64,000 nucleotides of DNA, from contig NC_058368.1 in NCBI RefSeq assembly GCF_018350175.1, forward strand, positions 115,880,001 through 115,944,000, in the 5' to 3' direction. The DNA is from Felis catus (taxonomy: Eukaryota). Positions within the stretch are counted from its first letter, which is position 1, and each line of letters starts with the position of its first letter. Made by a program: the position numbers and the translations under genes. Below, in pieces: positions 49,392 to 61,362 of this stretch. Under the pieces are notes generated by a model that saw only the letters and a list, made by a program, of their open reading frames with translations, was not told the origin of the DNA and made no database searches.

Positions 49392-50150
49392 CCTTCATTC
49401 CACAAGTATTTATTGAGCACCTGCTATCTGCCAAGTACTATTCTGTACATGAGAGATGCGGCAGAGAACAAAAGAGACAAAAATCCTTGTCTTCCTGGAG
49501 CCTGTAATTTTTTGTGGAAGGAGACAGATATTTAGAGGGTGAATCAGTAAAATACACAGTAATGGGAGATCATGATAAGAGCTAAGGTGAAAAATAAAAC
49601 CTAAAGAGGGACAAGAAGTGAGGGGATTGCAATTTTAGATCGGATGGCCTGAGAAGTCCTCATCAAGGAGGTGATATTCGAAGAGTGAGGGAAGTAAGGG
49701 AACAAGCCAGGAAGATTTCTAGGTGAAGCATGTAACATGTACAACAGCGAAGCAGAGCAAACAACAAATACAAGTGCAGAGGCAGGAGATAGCCTGGCAG
49801 GTTCAGAAAATGACAAGGAAGACCACGAGTGGTAAAGAGGGAGAAATGAGGGGAGAAGGCAGATCTGGGGTCAGAGAGACGACAGACCAGAATATGCAAG
49901 TGGGCCTTTAGTCACCTTGATCTGGGTGGCAAAGCCAGATGAGGCTCCTAGCAGACGACTCGTATGAGCTGACTTATTTTTTTTTTTTTTTTTTTGGTCC
50001 ATCTCATGGTTGCGTTCAGAATAGACTGAAGAGGGGTAAGGGTAGAAGCAGAGAGACCAGTTTGGAAGCTATTAAAACAACGAGGCAAGAGATAATGGCA
50101 GCTTGGATCAAGTGGATAATTGGGGAGGTGATGAGAAAAGAGGAGTTTGT
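49392..50150 (-). mobile_element. L2a remnant
   Basis: 'ttcattccacaagtatttattgagcacctgct..gaacaaaagagacaaaaatcctt..gaagcagagagaccagtttggaagctatt'. Confidence 0.8.
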
Positions 50151-50159
50151 CAGTTGATG

Positions 50160-50646
50160 GGCAAAATTGCCTGGCTGTCTCTTGGAATCTTCCCCAGTTC
50201 AAAAAATGGCAGGACCAGTTGTTCGGGCCAAACGTCTTGGCGCCAAAGTGTGCTCCTCCTCTCTCCTCTCCCTCCACATCCAATTCTTTCACAAAGCCTG
50301 CATGTTCTACCTTGAAATAGTTCCAGGGGCACCTGGGTGGCTCCGTCACTTAAGCGTCCGACCCTTGATTTCAGCTCAGGTCACGATCTTATGGTTCGTG
50401 AGTTCGAGCCCCGTGTCAGACTCTGTCTGCACTGACAGCGCAGAGCCTGCCTGGGAATCTCTCTCTTCCCCCCGTCTCTGCCCCCACCCTGCTGGCACAC
50501 GCTCTCTCTCTCTAAATAAAGAAATAAACTTAAAAAAAAAAAAAAGAAATACATCCAGACTCCAGCCGCTTCTCATCACCTCCCCCATTATCCACTTGTT
50601 CCAAGCCACCGGTATCTCTTGCTTGGTTGTTATAACAGCCTTCCAA
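50160..50646 (+). mobile_element. L2 segment in opposite orientation, split by a SINE
   Basis: 'atcttccccagttc..ccagttgttcgggccaaa..ccacatccaat..ttctaccttgaaata..cttctcatcacctcc'. Confidence 0.75.
50326..50545 (+). mobile_element. SINEC_Fc-type SINE
   Basis: Full copy with many CpGs. Confidence 0.95.
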
Positions 50647-50919
50647 TAAACTAGGTAATTTCCTACTTTTGCTCATTCTACTATAGTTATGTAACATGCT
50701 AACATTAGGGGAAGTTGGTGAGGGGTGTATAGGAAGCTTCTGTACTGGTTTTGCAAATTTTGTGTAAGTACCAATAGGAAACTAATATACAGAGGTATCA
50801 AGATAAATAGATCACCTTTTGCAAAGGGCTACCGGTCTTGAATGAAGACTTCATCAAGGAATAACATATCCCATCAAGATTATGTCTTTAGCTCTGCTTT
50901 ACAGTGCATAGTATTCTAC

Positions 50920-51815
50920 AGTTAATAAATGCAGAAAGAGAAAAGCGCCATCAGGCAAACGCCACAAACAACTGTTGCAAACAGTATCCACCAATGGATG
51001 CTAAAATTAGCAGTCAAAAGTTGGAAGCGCAAAAGAATTTGCATAGTCTCAGAATATATCCCCAAGATATTTATTGACTATAAAGGGAAAGATAGTAACC
51101 TCACAGTGGAGAAATTCGCCAGACAGCACCTAACCAAGTGATCCAGGTTACCATCACCAGTGAGATGAGGACACAACCTCATTTCTGTGGTAATCTTGTC
51201 AAAAAGGCATAACTTCAATGATGAGAAAAAAGACAATCCAAACTGAGGTACATTCTTCAAAACAACTGGTCAACACTCTTCAACAGTGTCAAGATTGTGA
51301 AAAACAAAGAGAGATTTAAAAACTTTAAAAAATGAGAGGCGCACCTGGGTGGCTCCGTCGGTTGAACATCCGCTCAGGTCATGATCACGCAGTTTGTGAG
51401 TTCGAGCCCCACATCAGGCTCACTGCTATCAGACTGTCAATACAGAGCCCGCTTCAGATCCTCTGGCCCCTCTCTGTACCCCTCCCCTGCTTGCGCTCTC
51501 CCCAAAATAAATAAATATATTTTTTCAAAAATTACAGGAGACGGAGGGATAAGAACGAAATGCAACCTGGTGGGATCCTAGGTAGTGGGCTCCTGGAGCA
51601 GAAAAACAACATGAGTGGAAAACTGAGGAAATTGAAATAAGGTGTATATTGCACTGTACCGTATTGTACTGATGTTAATTTCCTCATTTTGATCATTCTA
51701 CTCCAGTTACATGAGATGTTAATGACAGGCGGAGTTGGGTGAGAGGTGTATGGGATCTCTCTGCACTATTTTTGCAACTTTTCTATCAGTCTAAAATCAG
51801 TTCAAAATAAAACAT
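50920..51815 (+). mobile_element. L1MC4/L1MC5-type 3' remnant with nested SINE
   Basis: 'aaagggaaagatagtaacctcacagtggagaaa..caaactgaggtacattct..ttttgcaacttttctatcagtctaaaat'. Confidence 0.75.
51336..51531 (+). mobile_element. SINEC_Fc-type SINE
   Basis: 'cacctgggtggctccgtcggttgaa..gagttcgagccccacatc'. Confidence 0.9.
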
Positions 51816-53366
51816 TTAGAGAGATAGGTTACGGCTCCAGATGTACCATTGATTAAACATCGCCCCACAGCTTCAGGCACCTTTCCCTCAGTCTTACTGC
51901 AGAACAAGATGAACCTGAAATCCTCTCAGGGAATGTGGCATTGGGTGGGTGGGTCTCCCCCCAAAATGTCTGTTAGACCTTATGCTCCCTAGATGCAGAA
52001 GTATGAATTTGAAAGGAAAGATCCCCCCTACCCCCAAGATTTAAGTATCTCTCTTCCCACATATGAGAGTTCCTCCTGTGAACGTTAAAGGACCTGATGA
52101 TGGAGGTAAAAGCGCCCTTACCGAGCACCAGTTCACCAGAGATCTTCACCTTCACTTCCACTAGCCAGAGAAAGGTGGTCAGGGACTAGAAGCTGGTTCT
52201 CCACCAGACTCAGTCACCCCAGCAGTGTGGCAGGGCCAACGCTGACCTTCCTCTAGGCCTCTGCCTCTATAATAAAGGAGCAAGCGCTGGGTCTCAAAAC
52301 CTGTCTCTCTCCCTGACGGTATCACTGCCTGCCTCTGTTTACCTTCCAGTCCCACAGTGAGTACATTCTTAGAGACAGCCATGGTAGGAGTGCTTTGGAT
52401 CACCAAGACCAGAAGGGCCATCAAGGTCTTGTCCACAACTGCATGGACCCAACATCTGCCCACCCCTTTGCCCAGTCTATCCCCAGCACCTCAATGATCT
52501 TAAGCTCATGTCAAGATGCGAAATTACACTTTCTCCATGTTCTCTTACTAAGGATGGCCAGAATGCATCCAGGAGGCTGGGGGGAGGAATTGGAGAGGGT
52601 AGAGTGCAGGTGAGGGGCAGGGAGGAAACGCTGACTCTAGTAAAACTCCTTCTAGCCAGCTCCGCGTCAGATGTGACTCTCTAAGCCTTCCATGTAGGCC
52701 ACTGGATTCCTGCTCTAGAAAACCACGTGCTAGAGGCGTCTAGGTCAGAGGCTCTGAAAATCAGTGGCCCCTTCAGAAGACTGGTTAGGACAGGGCCCTT
52801 AGCACACATCACCCCATTCCTGGGGCCAGGCCAAAAAGACAGGATTTTCATATGGCATGCCCTGCCGTGGGCGCTCTAGTCTTGGGTCTTAGTTCTGTTG
52901 ATAATTCTAAAATATGCCATCTGTCACTCATCCTGGTCAGTACATGTTCTGCCCAGCCATACCATGAGAGCAGACCACTACTGTGCTTTCAGGGCTCTTG
53001 AGCAATACTACAAACAAACTGGGGACTGCTCAGCTTCAGCAGAAGCCGGAGGTGTTGAAGAAAGCTTTTTTTGAAGTACAGATTGCCCCCATTTGGCTCT
53101 CTCACACACTGCTGGTATGAAATGGCACAACCATTCTGGAAGGCAGCTGGATAATATATATCCAAAGCCTGAAAAGTGTTCCCACCCTTCGACCCAGCAA
53201 TTCTGCTTCTAGGAATTGTCTTAAGGAAATCAGAGTTGCACACAAAGATTCATGCCCAAGGTTGCTATCCCAGTATTAGCTCTTAGAGTAAGAGATGGGC
53301 ACAAAAAATGTCATGCAACCAAAAATTGATGAAATAAAACACATGACATTCTTCAGATGGCCTTCT

Positions 53367-53595
53367 TTTTTTTTTTTTTTTAATTTTTTTTTCAATGTTT
53401 ATTTATTTTTGGGACAGAGAGAGACAGAGCATGAACGGGGGAGGATCAGACAGAGAGGGAGACACAGAATCGGAAACAGGCTCCAGGCTCTGAGCCATCA
53501 GCCCAGAGCCTGACGCGGGGCTGGAACTCACGCACCGCGAGATCGTGACCTGGCTGAAGTCGGACGCTTAACCGACTGCGCCACCCAGGCGCCCC
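53367..53595 (-). mobile_element. Young SINEC_Fc SINE
   Basis: CpG-rich, near-consensus 'ggggcgcctgggtggcgcagtcggttaagcgtccgacttcagccagg', long polyA, perfect TSD cagatggccttct at 53354-53366 and 53596-53608. Confidence 0.97.
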
Positions 53596-54011
53596 CAGAT
53601 GGCCTTCTATGTGTCCATTAAAAATCACATTTCCCAAGAACAGTTTGCCATATATTATGATATGATCCTGATTTGGTCTCTACGTGGCACGGGAGAGGAC
53701 AGGTATGCAAATTAAAAATGTAGGAAGAAAATACACTCCAAGAGTAGTTATCTCCAAGAGGTTGAGAGGCTGACGAATCTTTTTAGATTTTCTTCTTTAT
53801 ACTTTTCTGCTGCTTCTGAATTTTTCCCAACCAACACCGATTACTATTCTAATAAGGAAAACTGATAGCCCCATTTTACAGGTGAATAAACAGGGTCATA
53901 GAGTCTCAGTGCCCTAGGACCTTGAGTGAGTCAGACGTGAAACCAGAAACAAAGAGCATGATTCTCAAAAGCCTCGCTTGCGTCACAAGGCGCCAGCACG
54001 TGTGCGGTGGA

Positions 54012-54191
54012 CAGTGTTCTTAACTGGGACGATTTTGCCCCCCCGGGGGCAACCAGTGTGTCTGGAGACATTCTAGGTTGTCCTGACCGCAGGAGGGGGG
54101 CGTACTACCACTGCTAAACTTCTTACAATGCACCCCACAACGAAGAATCATTTGGCTCAAAATGCCAGGAGTGCCACGGTCAGAAACCGTG
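54012..54191 (+). mobile_element. MER20 hAT-Charlie element, internally deleted
   Basis: 'cagtgttcttaactggg..gattttgccccc..tgtctggagacatt..tgctaaac..ctcaaaatgcca..agtgcc..agaaaccgtg'. Confidence 0.85.
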
Positions 54192-55789
54192 CTCTAGGAG
54201 AAGGGAACCACAAATTTATTCCCTCACCACTGCACTTTGAAAAAGCTCAGGTGGCTCAAAAATACATCAGGAACTTCCAACCCGCTTCACATCCTGTGAG
54301 CGGTAGTGCCTTCTGCTTCAAACAGGATCTGACTTGGCAGTTAACGTGCCCCGGGCTGCAGAGCACCAGGGACATTACTACTAATATGAGGCAGCCTTCC
54401 ACTTCCAGTTGGAGAAAAATAAATGGTATTTCACGCCAGAGCCCTAACGAACACCAACGGGACGCGGCTCAAGATCAAGAATTCAGACAGAGGAGGGGAG
54501 CCACGGGAGGGTGGGGGCAGAAGTGGTGCCCTGAGACCACAAGGCCGCCGGGCTGAGCAGCGGAGGCCTGTTTGCGTGTCCTTCCTCTGCATTTCCACTT
54601 CTGGCACCTCACGAGTCCCAGGTGACCACGGCCAGACTTAGCTCCCAAGTCTCTTTAGAATAGTAGACAAGGAGCGAGTCCCACTCAAACCCTGAGAACG
54701 ATTCTTCCCCCTCTTGGAAACTGTCCTCCATCCACGGGGCCACCTGCTTGGACTTATCGATGGGTTTCAAGGAGAGATAAATGTGATGCCAGAATTTCCT
54801 CCTCTGTGATCTTGAGCCCAATTTAGCATTCCACAGGACAGAAGAGCCAGAAGGATCCTTGAGCAAACCCTGCCCTTTACAGATCAGGAAACCGAGTCCC
54901 AGAGAAACCAAGTGTCAGGCCCAAGTCACACAGCTTATGACAGACAGAGCCAGTACCTGAACCCAGATCTTCCATCCTTCTATTCCTTCCTTCCTTCTAG
55001 TCACCAGGAAGTCCGGTGCTGTAGGACCACAGTCTTGTCAGAGGATTCTGTTACCCTCCAGCGAAATTTCACATGAGAACGGGTGTGGAGGAACCCACGA
55101 AGGAATGTGGACACACTGGGCAGAATGTCATCAATGTCTCCCACTTGGCGCGGCCACTGAGGACAAGCTCACAGAAGCTGTTTGAGGAGATCAAAGGTGT
55201 ATCCCACAACAAGCCTAAATTTCTAGTGTTGCTGCTGCCGTATCCTTCAAGGAACCTAGCCAAACTTATTTCAGCAGAAACAAAAGGGCTGGGGTCCCAC
55301 TGGGGTTCCTGCAGGCCCCTTTCACTGGATAGTTGACCACTCAACTGGTTTGCTTCATCTATTCAGTAAATACTTATTGAGCACCTATTATATGCCAGCA
55401 ACTGAGCTGGGCACATGCCATCTGGGTCTGGTCTAGTCTCTGCAAGGTCCAGACCTCTGCAAGGTCGGCCCTATTCATGGATTGCTTCGAGATCCCTTAC
55501 TCCTAGGCACTCCAAGTTTCCCTCCAGTAAGCTCATCATTACCTGAGCTAGCTTAGGAGAATCTGATTTTGGTTTGTGACCAAGGAAGCACAACTATAAC
55601 CAAATGAAATACTGCAATAAATTTCACACAGGTCAGCACTCATTGCCAAGTTAAAACCCTCAAGGAAAAAGAAGAGCCTATTTGCCCCAGTAGCAGAGGG
55701 AAAATAATCTTCTGACAAATTATAGGCTCAGAGACAAGACTTATGGTGTCAAAAAAAATAAAAGCATGAAGACAGGAGAAGTTGGTAAT

Positions 55790-56045
55790 ATGGTTAGAAT
55801 GTGGGATCTGTAGTCAGACAGGCCTGTCTCTGCTTCTAACTAGCTGAATGGCCTTAAGCAGTTCACTTAACCTCTCTGAGTCTCACTTCTCCATATGAAA
55901 AAGAGGATAACAGGGGCACTTGGGTGGCACAGTTGGATAAGCGTCTGACTTCGGCTCAGGTCATGATCTCATGGTTCATGATTCGAGCCCCACATCGGGC
56001 TCTGTGCTGATAGCTCAGACCCTGGATCCTGCTTCCGACTCTGTG

Positions 56046-56097
<52 letters not shown>

Positions 56098-56272
56098 TCT
56101 CTCTCCCTCCCTCCCCCTCTCTCACTTATATTCTCTCTCTCTCTCAAAAACAAATAAACATTAAAAAAAAAGAGGATAACAGCAATAGTACCAACTTCCT
56201 AGGGTTGTCGTGAGGACTGAATGAGATAACACGTGCCAAACAATTACCTAGCATTGGTACATATTCAGTAGC
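55790..56272 (+). mobile_element. MIR interrupted by a SINE
   Basis: 'tagtcagacag..cttaacctctctgagtctca' then after the SINE 'ttcctagggttgtcgtgaggactgaatgagataa'. Confidence 0.75.
55913..56166 (+). mobile_element. SINEC_Fc-type SINE with expanded (CT)n
   Basis: Perfect TSD aaaaagaggataacag; long (CT)n from about 56048. Confidence 0.95.
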
Positions 56273-57274
56273 AATTGTCTCTGGCACTTAGGAGCCACTG
56301 GGAGGCTGTCCTGGGAGGCTGTTCTGGAATGTGGCAAGGCAGGGATGAAAGCCCTTACCAAGCCAACAGAAGTGGAAGCTTAGCAGTCCCACGGTACTGT
56401 GAGGGCAGCTCACCAGTCGTCAAAGTCCCATGGAAAAATCAGCAGCATCTGAAGATGTTGCTGCTGTAGCACGGGTCACACGGAGTCTCTCACCTGCCCT
56501 GCCTCAGGGTGGCAGTGTCCTAAATTCCCCCCAGACCTCTTCTTCCTAGAATCAGGCTGAAGGCTCTTGAGCAGTAGAACCTTGGAATATAGTCCCCATA
56601 ACTCTGACATCCTACACACAGAGGCACTTACAAAAATGCTTTAAACTAAATATTTCTTTACTGTCAGCTAACAGAACTAGGAAAGCACACCTAAGTTCAC
56701 AGATGAAAGCCAGGTAGGCCACGACTGACTCCCTCTCCCATCCACAAGGAGCAGTGTCTTACTCATGCTGGATTACGTACCTTCAGTTCCGGCCAGGACC
56801 CTCCGTGATCCAGGTGGAGAACTTCAAAAGCATCTGACACATCCGTGCTCTCCCAGGAGATTCTCCAAGACCTGTCAAGTATTGTCTAAACATCCTCTGA
56901 ATCAGGCCCTGCTTGGCTCATGGCTCACTGCCATTGCCTTGGTCCAGGCCCTCCTCATCCACTGGAGGGCGCTCTCTGTCACTTGTCCCTCCCACTCCCA
57001 TAGCTGGAGACCAAAATCGAATTAGGTCCCTTCTACAGAAAAGCCTTCAAGGGATTTTCTCCTGGTACAAACAGTAAAGGCCCAACTTCTCAGCATAGCA
57101 CACAAGACCCTTTCCAATGGGTCTTAACAGAGGTACCTTCCACCACTTTGGACACAGTTCCTTGCACGTCTACGTGTCATTGCCCATGTTATCCTCTCTT
57201 AAAATTCTTGTGTGCCATCTTTTCCTACTTGTTCCTCATCTCTCTCTGGCCACTCCTTAGCCCTCCTTCAGGCT

Positions 57275-57805
57275 TGTGACAGCAGCCCCCGACATAGCCC
57301 CTAATGCTCCCGCCTCCTAATATGCCTGTCTATATGCAACATCTCCCCTGGAGTGTGGACTGGACCTAGTGACTCACTTCCGCTAAAGGGAATATAACAA
57401 AAGGGATACGTGAACTTCCGTAGCTGGGTTATAAAAAAGACTGTGACTTGAACGTGGCCTGCTCTCTAGCACTGTCTCTCTTGCTTGCTCTGAAGGAAGT
57501 CAGGTGCCAAGTCATGAACTACCCTGTGATGACACCCATGTGGCAAGGAACCGATGTCTCTGGCCAATAGCCAGTGAGGACCTGAAGCCTGCCAGTGGCC
57601 ACGCGAGTGAGCTTGAAAGCCTCCTGTTGTGTCTTGAGATGCTGGAGCCCTGGCTGACCCCTTAGTTGTAGACTTGTAAAAATGCCTAGGTCTGAGGACT
57701 CAGCCAAGTGACATCTGGATTCCTGACCCACAGAAACTGTGAGGAAATAGACGTTTGTTGTTTTAAGCCACCAAGTTTCAGGGTAATTTGTTATGCAGCC
57801 ACAGT
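57275..57805 (+). mobile_element. MLT1F-like ERVL-MaLR solo LTR
   Basis: 'gagtgtggactggacctagtgactcacttc..ggttataaaaaagactgtgac..ggattcctgacccacagaaactgtgag..tgttgttttaagccac..ggtaatttgttatgcagc'. Confidence 0.88.
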
Positions 57806-57966
57806 CATATGAGGGCCCAGCTCAAATGTCACTCATCTATCAAGCATTCCTCAACACCCTCTTCTATCCCCCAGTCCATCCACACTTCTCCCACCGTTCA
57901 TGGGATAAAGCCAAACTCTTTAATATAGCCCTGAAGGCCCTACGTGTTGATTCCATTCACCTGATC

Positions 57967-58217
57967 TTTTTTTTTTTTTAAGTTTATTTATTTATTTTGA
58001 GAGAGAGAAAGAGAGAGCACAAGCAGGGGAGAGGCAGAGAGAGAGGGAGAGAGAGAGAATCTCAAGCAGGCCCTGTGATGTCAGCACAGAGCCTGATGTG
58101 GGGCTTGAACTAACAGAGCCCGATGAGAGGCTCAAACTCACGAACCGCAAGATGATGACCTGATCCCAAATCAAGAATCAGATGGTTGCCTAACTGACTG
58201 AGCCACCCAGGTGCCCC
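57967..58217 (-). mobile_element. SINEC_Fc-type SINE with internal 27-bp duplication
   Basis: Antisense copy; TSD ccattcacct. Confidence 0.95.
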
Positions 58218-58230
58218 CATTCACCTCACC

Positions 58231-58446
58231 TTTAAAAAAGTTTTTTTAACGTGTATTTATTATTGAGAGACAGACAGAGCATGAGCATGGGAGGGACAGA
58301 GAGAGGAGGAGACACAGAATCTGAAGCAGGCTCCAGGCTCTGAGCTGTCAGCACAGAGCCTGATGCGGGTCTCGAACTCACAAACCACAAGGTCATGACG
58401 GGAGCTGAAGTCAGACACTTAACCGACTGAGCCACCCAGGCAACCC
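58231..58446 (-). mobile_element. SINEC_Fc-type SINE, in tandem with the previous copy
   Basis: Antisense copy; TSD tcacctcacctt. Confidence 0.95.
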
Positions 58447-59229
58447 TCACCTCACCTTCTTAAACTCATCTAGCATCATTGCATGTGGCACCTGCAGTAA
58501 CAGTCTTCTTTCGGTTATCCCAGCATGCCCCAGGCTCACATTTAACCCTTTGTACCTACTGTTTCCACTTTCTGAAGTACTTATCTTTTCTCTTTACCTA
58601 GTTAACTTCCATTTGTTCTTCAAAGTCCCCACACACGTCTTTCCGCCGGGAAGACCTCCAGCCCCCACGCCTGGGCTTAAGGTGTCCTCCATTTGCACTG
58701 CTCTTCCCTGTTCTGTTCTAATCACGGCATTTATCACACGATGCTGTCGGTGCCTTTGACTTGCTTACCTGCTGGGCTGGACTGCAAGCCGTTCGAGGGC
58801 AGGACACATGTCTATTGTTCATATATGTTAACTTTTAGAAATTTCATTACACCGGTCAAGTGGTCTTTCCAATATCTTGGCTTCTCAGTTCCTTGAATTC
58901 TTCCAGTGATCTTGTATTCTACTCTCCTCTGGCCACTGACTCATTCACCTACCATAGTCCTTGTCATCACCAGAAATTGCAACCCCTCCACGATGTTGAA
59001 TGTATGCATCCTACTCTCCAGCCACTTTCCAGCTCAGTCCCTCTAGAATTTGGACCCCAACAATTCTTTTATCCTAACAGGATCTACAGTCTATTGGTGC
59101 TATCTTTTCACTGGTCCTCACAGTGCCCTCCCTTCCCTTCTCTCCCAGTTCACCTTCATAATAGATCTTTATAATAATTCCCTTTCTTCACTGTGTTAAA
59201 CTATAATCCTAGTTAAATCCAGCCTGGTA

Positions 59230-59428
59230 GGGCATGTGGGTGGTTCAGTTCGTTAAGTGTCCAGCTCTTGATTTGGGCTCAGGTAATGATCTCATGGTTT
59301 ATGAATTCAAGCCCTGCGTTGCGCCCTGTGCTGACAGTGCGGAGCCTACTTGGGATTGTCTCTATCTCTTTCTGCCTGCCCCTCCTTCTCTCTCTCTCTC
59401 AAAATAAATAAATAAACTTAAAAAAAAA
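59230..59428 (+). mobile_element. SINEC_Fc-type SINE
   Basis: Diverged full copy; TSD approximately aaatcca. Confidence 0.92.
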
Positions 59429-59520
59429 TCCAACCCCATTTTTGCATCCAAGCAATCGAATGCAGCTGGAGAAAAACCCGTAACTGTGTAGACTGGTCTC
59501 ACTTTAAATTCATGACCATG

Positions 59521-59743
59521 GGGGCGCCTGGGTAGCTCAGTTGGTTGAGCTTCCGACTCCGGCTCAGGTCACGATCTCACAGTCTATGAGTTCAAGCCCC
59601 ACATCGGGCTCTGTGCTGACAGCTCGGAGCCTGGAGCCTGCTTCAGATTCTGTGTCTCCTTCTCTGACCCTCCCCCGTTCATGTTCTGTCTCTCTCTGTC
59701 TCAGAAATAAATAAACATTAAAAAAAATAATAATAATAAAAAA
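59521..59743 (+). mobile_element. SINEC_Fc-type SINE
   Basis: Perfect 16-bp TSD taaattcatgaccatg at 59505-59520 and 59744-59759. Confidence 0.96.
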
Positions 59744-60217
59744 TAAATTCATGACCATGATCCAAAGGTGGACCCTTATAATGGTCCCTGACAATTATAC
59801 TGGATCTTCCCACTTTATTCACTCACATAGATGACTATTGCACACCTTCTTTCTCCTCAAACCTCTAATACTCCTCCCACATGCTCTCAGCCCATGATTT
59901 TATTTCCTACTTCACTGAGAAAATGGAAACAACCAAAGGAGAATTTCCAGAGACTCTCCCCACACACAACATTTATGCACCTATCAGCATCCATACACAT
60001 AATTCTGCCTTTCTTCTTGTTACTAAGATGAACAATCCATGGTCCCTGAGCCAACCCTTCTGCTGGTACTCCAGATCTCACCACTCCCTACGTTAGGAAA
60101 TCATTCCAACCATCTCCCCTCACCCTCCTACATATTAACTTCCTCTTCCCATCTGGATCATTCCAACCAGTACAGAAGCATGCTGTTAATTCCCTCATCT
60201 TAAAACAAATAATAATA

Positions 60218-60444
60218 GGGGCACCTGGGTGGCTCAGTTGGTTAAGTGTTCGACTTTTGGTTTGGGCTCAGGGCATGATCTCACGATTCGTGAGACTGAG
60301 CCCCACATCGGGCTCTGTGCTGACAGTGCAGAGCCTGCTTGGGATTCTCTGTCTCCCTCTCTCTCTACCCCTCCCCCATTCGCACACATGCACACACACT
60401 CTCTCCAAATAAATAAACGTTAAAAAAAATTTTATAAAAAAAAA
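60218..60444 (+). mobile_element. SINEC_Fc-type SINE
   Basis: Full head-to-tail copy. Confidence 0.95.
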
Positions 60445-60454
60445 TAATTACTAA

Positions 60455-60610
60455 TAGTTTCAGTTTGGGGAGAGGAAGAAGTTCTGGAGATGGATGGTGG
60501 TGATAGCTGCCCCAAAATGTGAATGTACTTAGTGCCACTGAACTATATGCTTATTAATGGTTAAAATAGTAAATTTTACGTATATTTTACCGTAATAAAA
60601 AAATAATAAA
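60455..60610 (+). mobile_element. L1MB-type 3' end
   Basis: 'agtttcagtttgggga..aagttctggagatggatggtggtgat..aatgtgaatgtacttagtgccactgaact'. Confidence 0.85.
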
Positions 60611-61153
60611 ATTAAAACTCTCCCGATTCCGCTTCCCTTATCAGCTTCCTACCTCTTCTCATCCCCTCTTTTGTACCACAACATGCCAAGCCACCACCAA
60701 CTCTCACCTAGATGTTTGCAGTGACCTCCTAACCGGTTTCTCTGTTTTCACCCTTGCTCCCGAAGGTCTATTGTCAATGTGGGAGAGTCTGTGATCCCTT
60801 TCAAGTATGAGTCATATCAAATAGCTCCTCTACTCAAAACCCTCCAGTGGATCTGGTTTTCACTCAAAGAAAAAGCCCAATCTTCCCAATGGCCTACAAG
60901 GCCCCTTGTGATCTGGCACCTGCTGCCTCTGTAACCTCAGCTCGTTCCACCCCAGGCATGTGGACCTTTGGCTGTTCCCTGAACAAAATCCATATGTCGA
61001 ACTCTGTCGCCTCCTTCACGTCTCTGCTCTACTGTCACCTTGTAAGTTAGGTCTATCATAACCACCCCATTTACGATTGCAACTCACCCCCTGTACTCCC
61101 TTTACCCCTTTCCATTAGTTTCATTTTTCTTTTTATGTTATTTAATTTACTTA

Positions 61154-61362
61154 TTTTTTTTAGGTTTATTTTTATTTATTTTGAGAGAGACACAGAGGGC
61201 AAGCAGAGGAGGAGCAGAGAGATGGGGAAACAGAATAACAGGCAGGCTCCACACCCTCAGCACAGAGTGCGACGTGGGGCTTGAACTCATAAACTGTGAG
61301 ATCATGACCTGAGCCAAAGTCAGGGGTCGAATGCTGAACTGACTAAGCCACCCGGGTGCCCC
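61154..61362 (-). mobile_element. SINEC_Fc-type SINE
   Basis: Antisense copy; TSD taatttacttattt. Confidence 0.93.

Noticed and set aside
52122..52160. EVKVKI resemblance to MORF4L1, or VKISGELVL to SGIP1/FCHO mu-homology domains
   Set aside because: Match too short, and the flanking residues and exons do not fit
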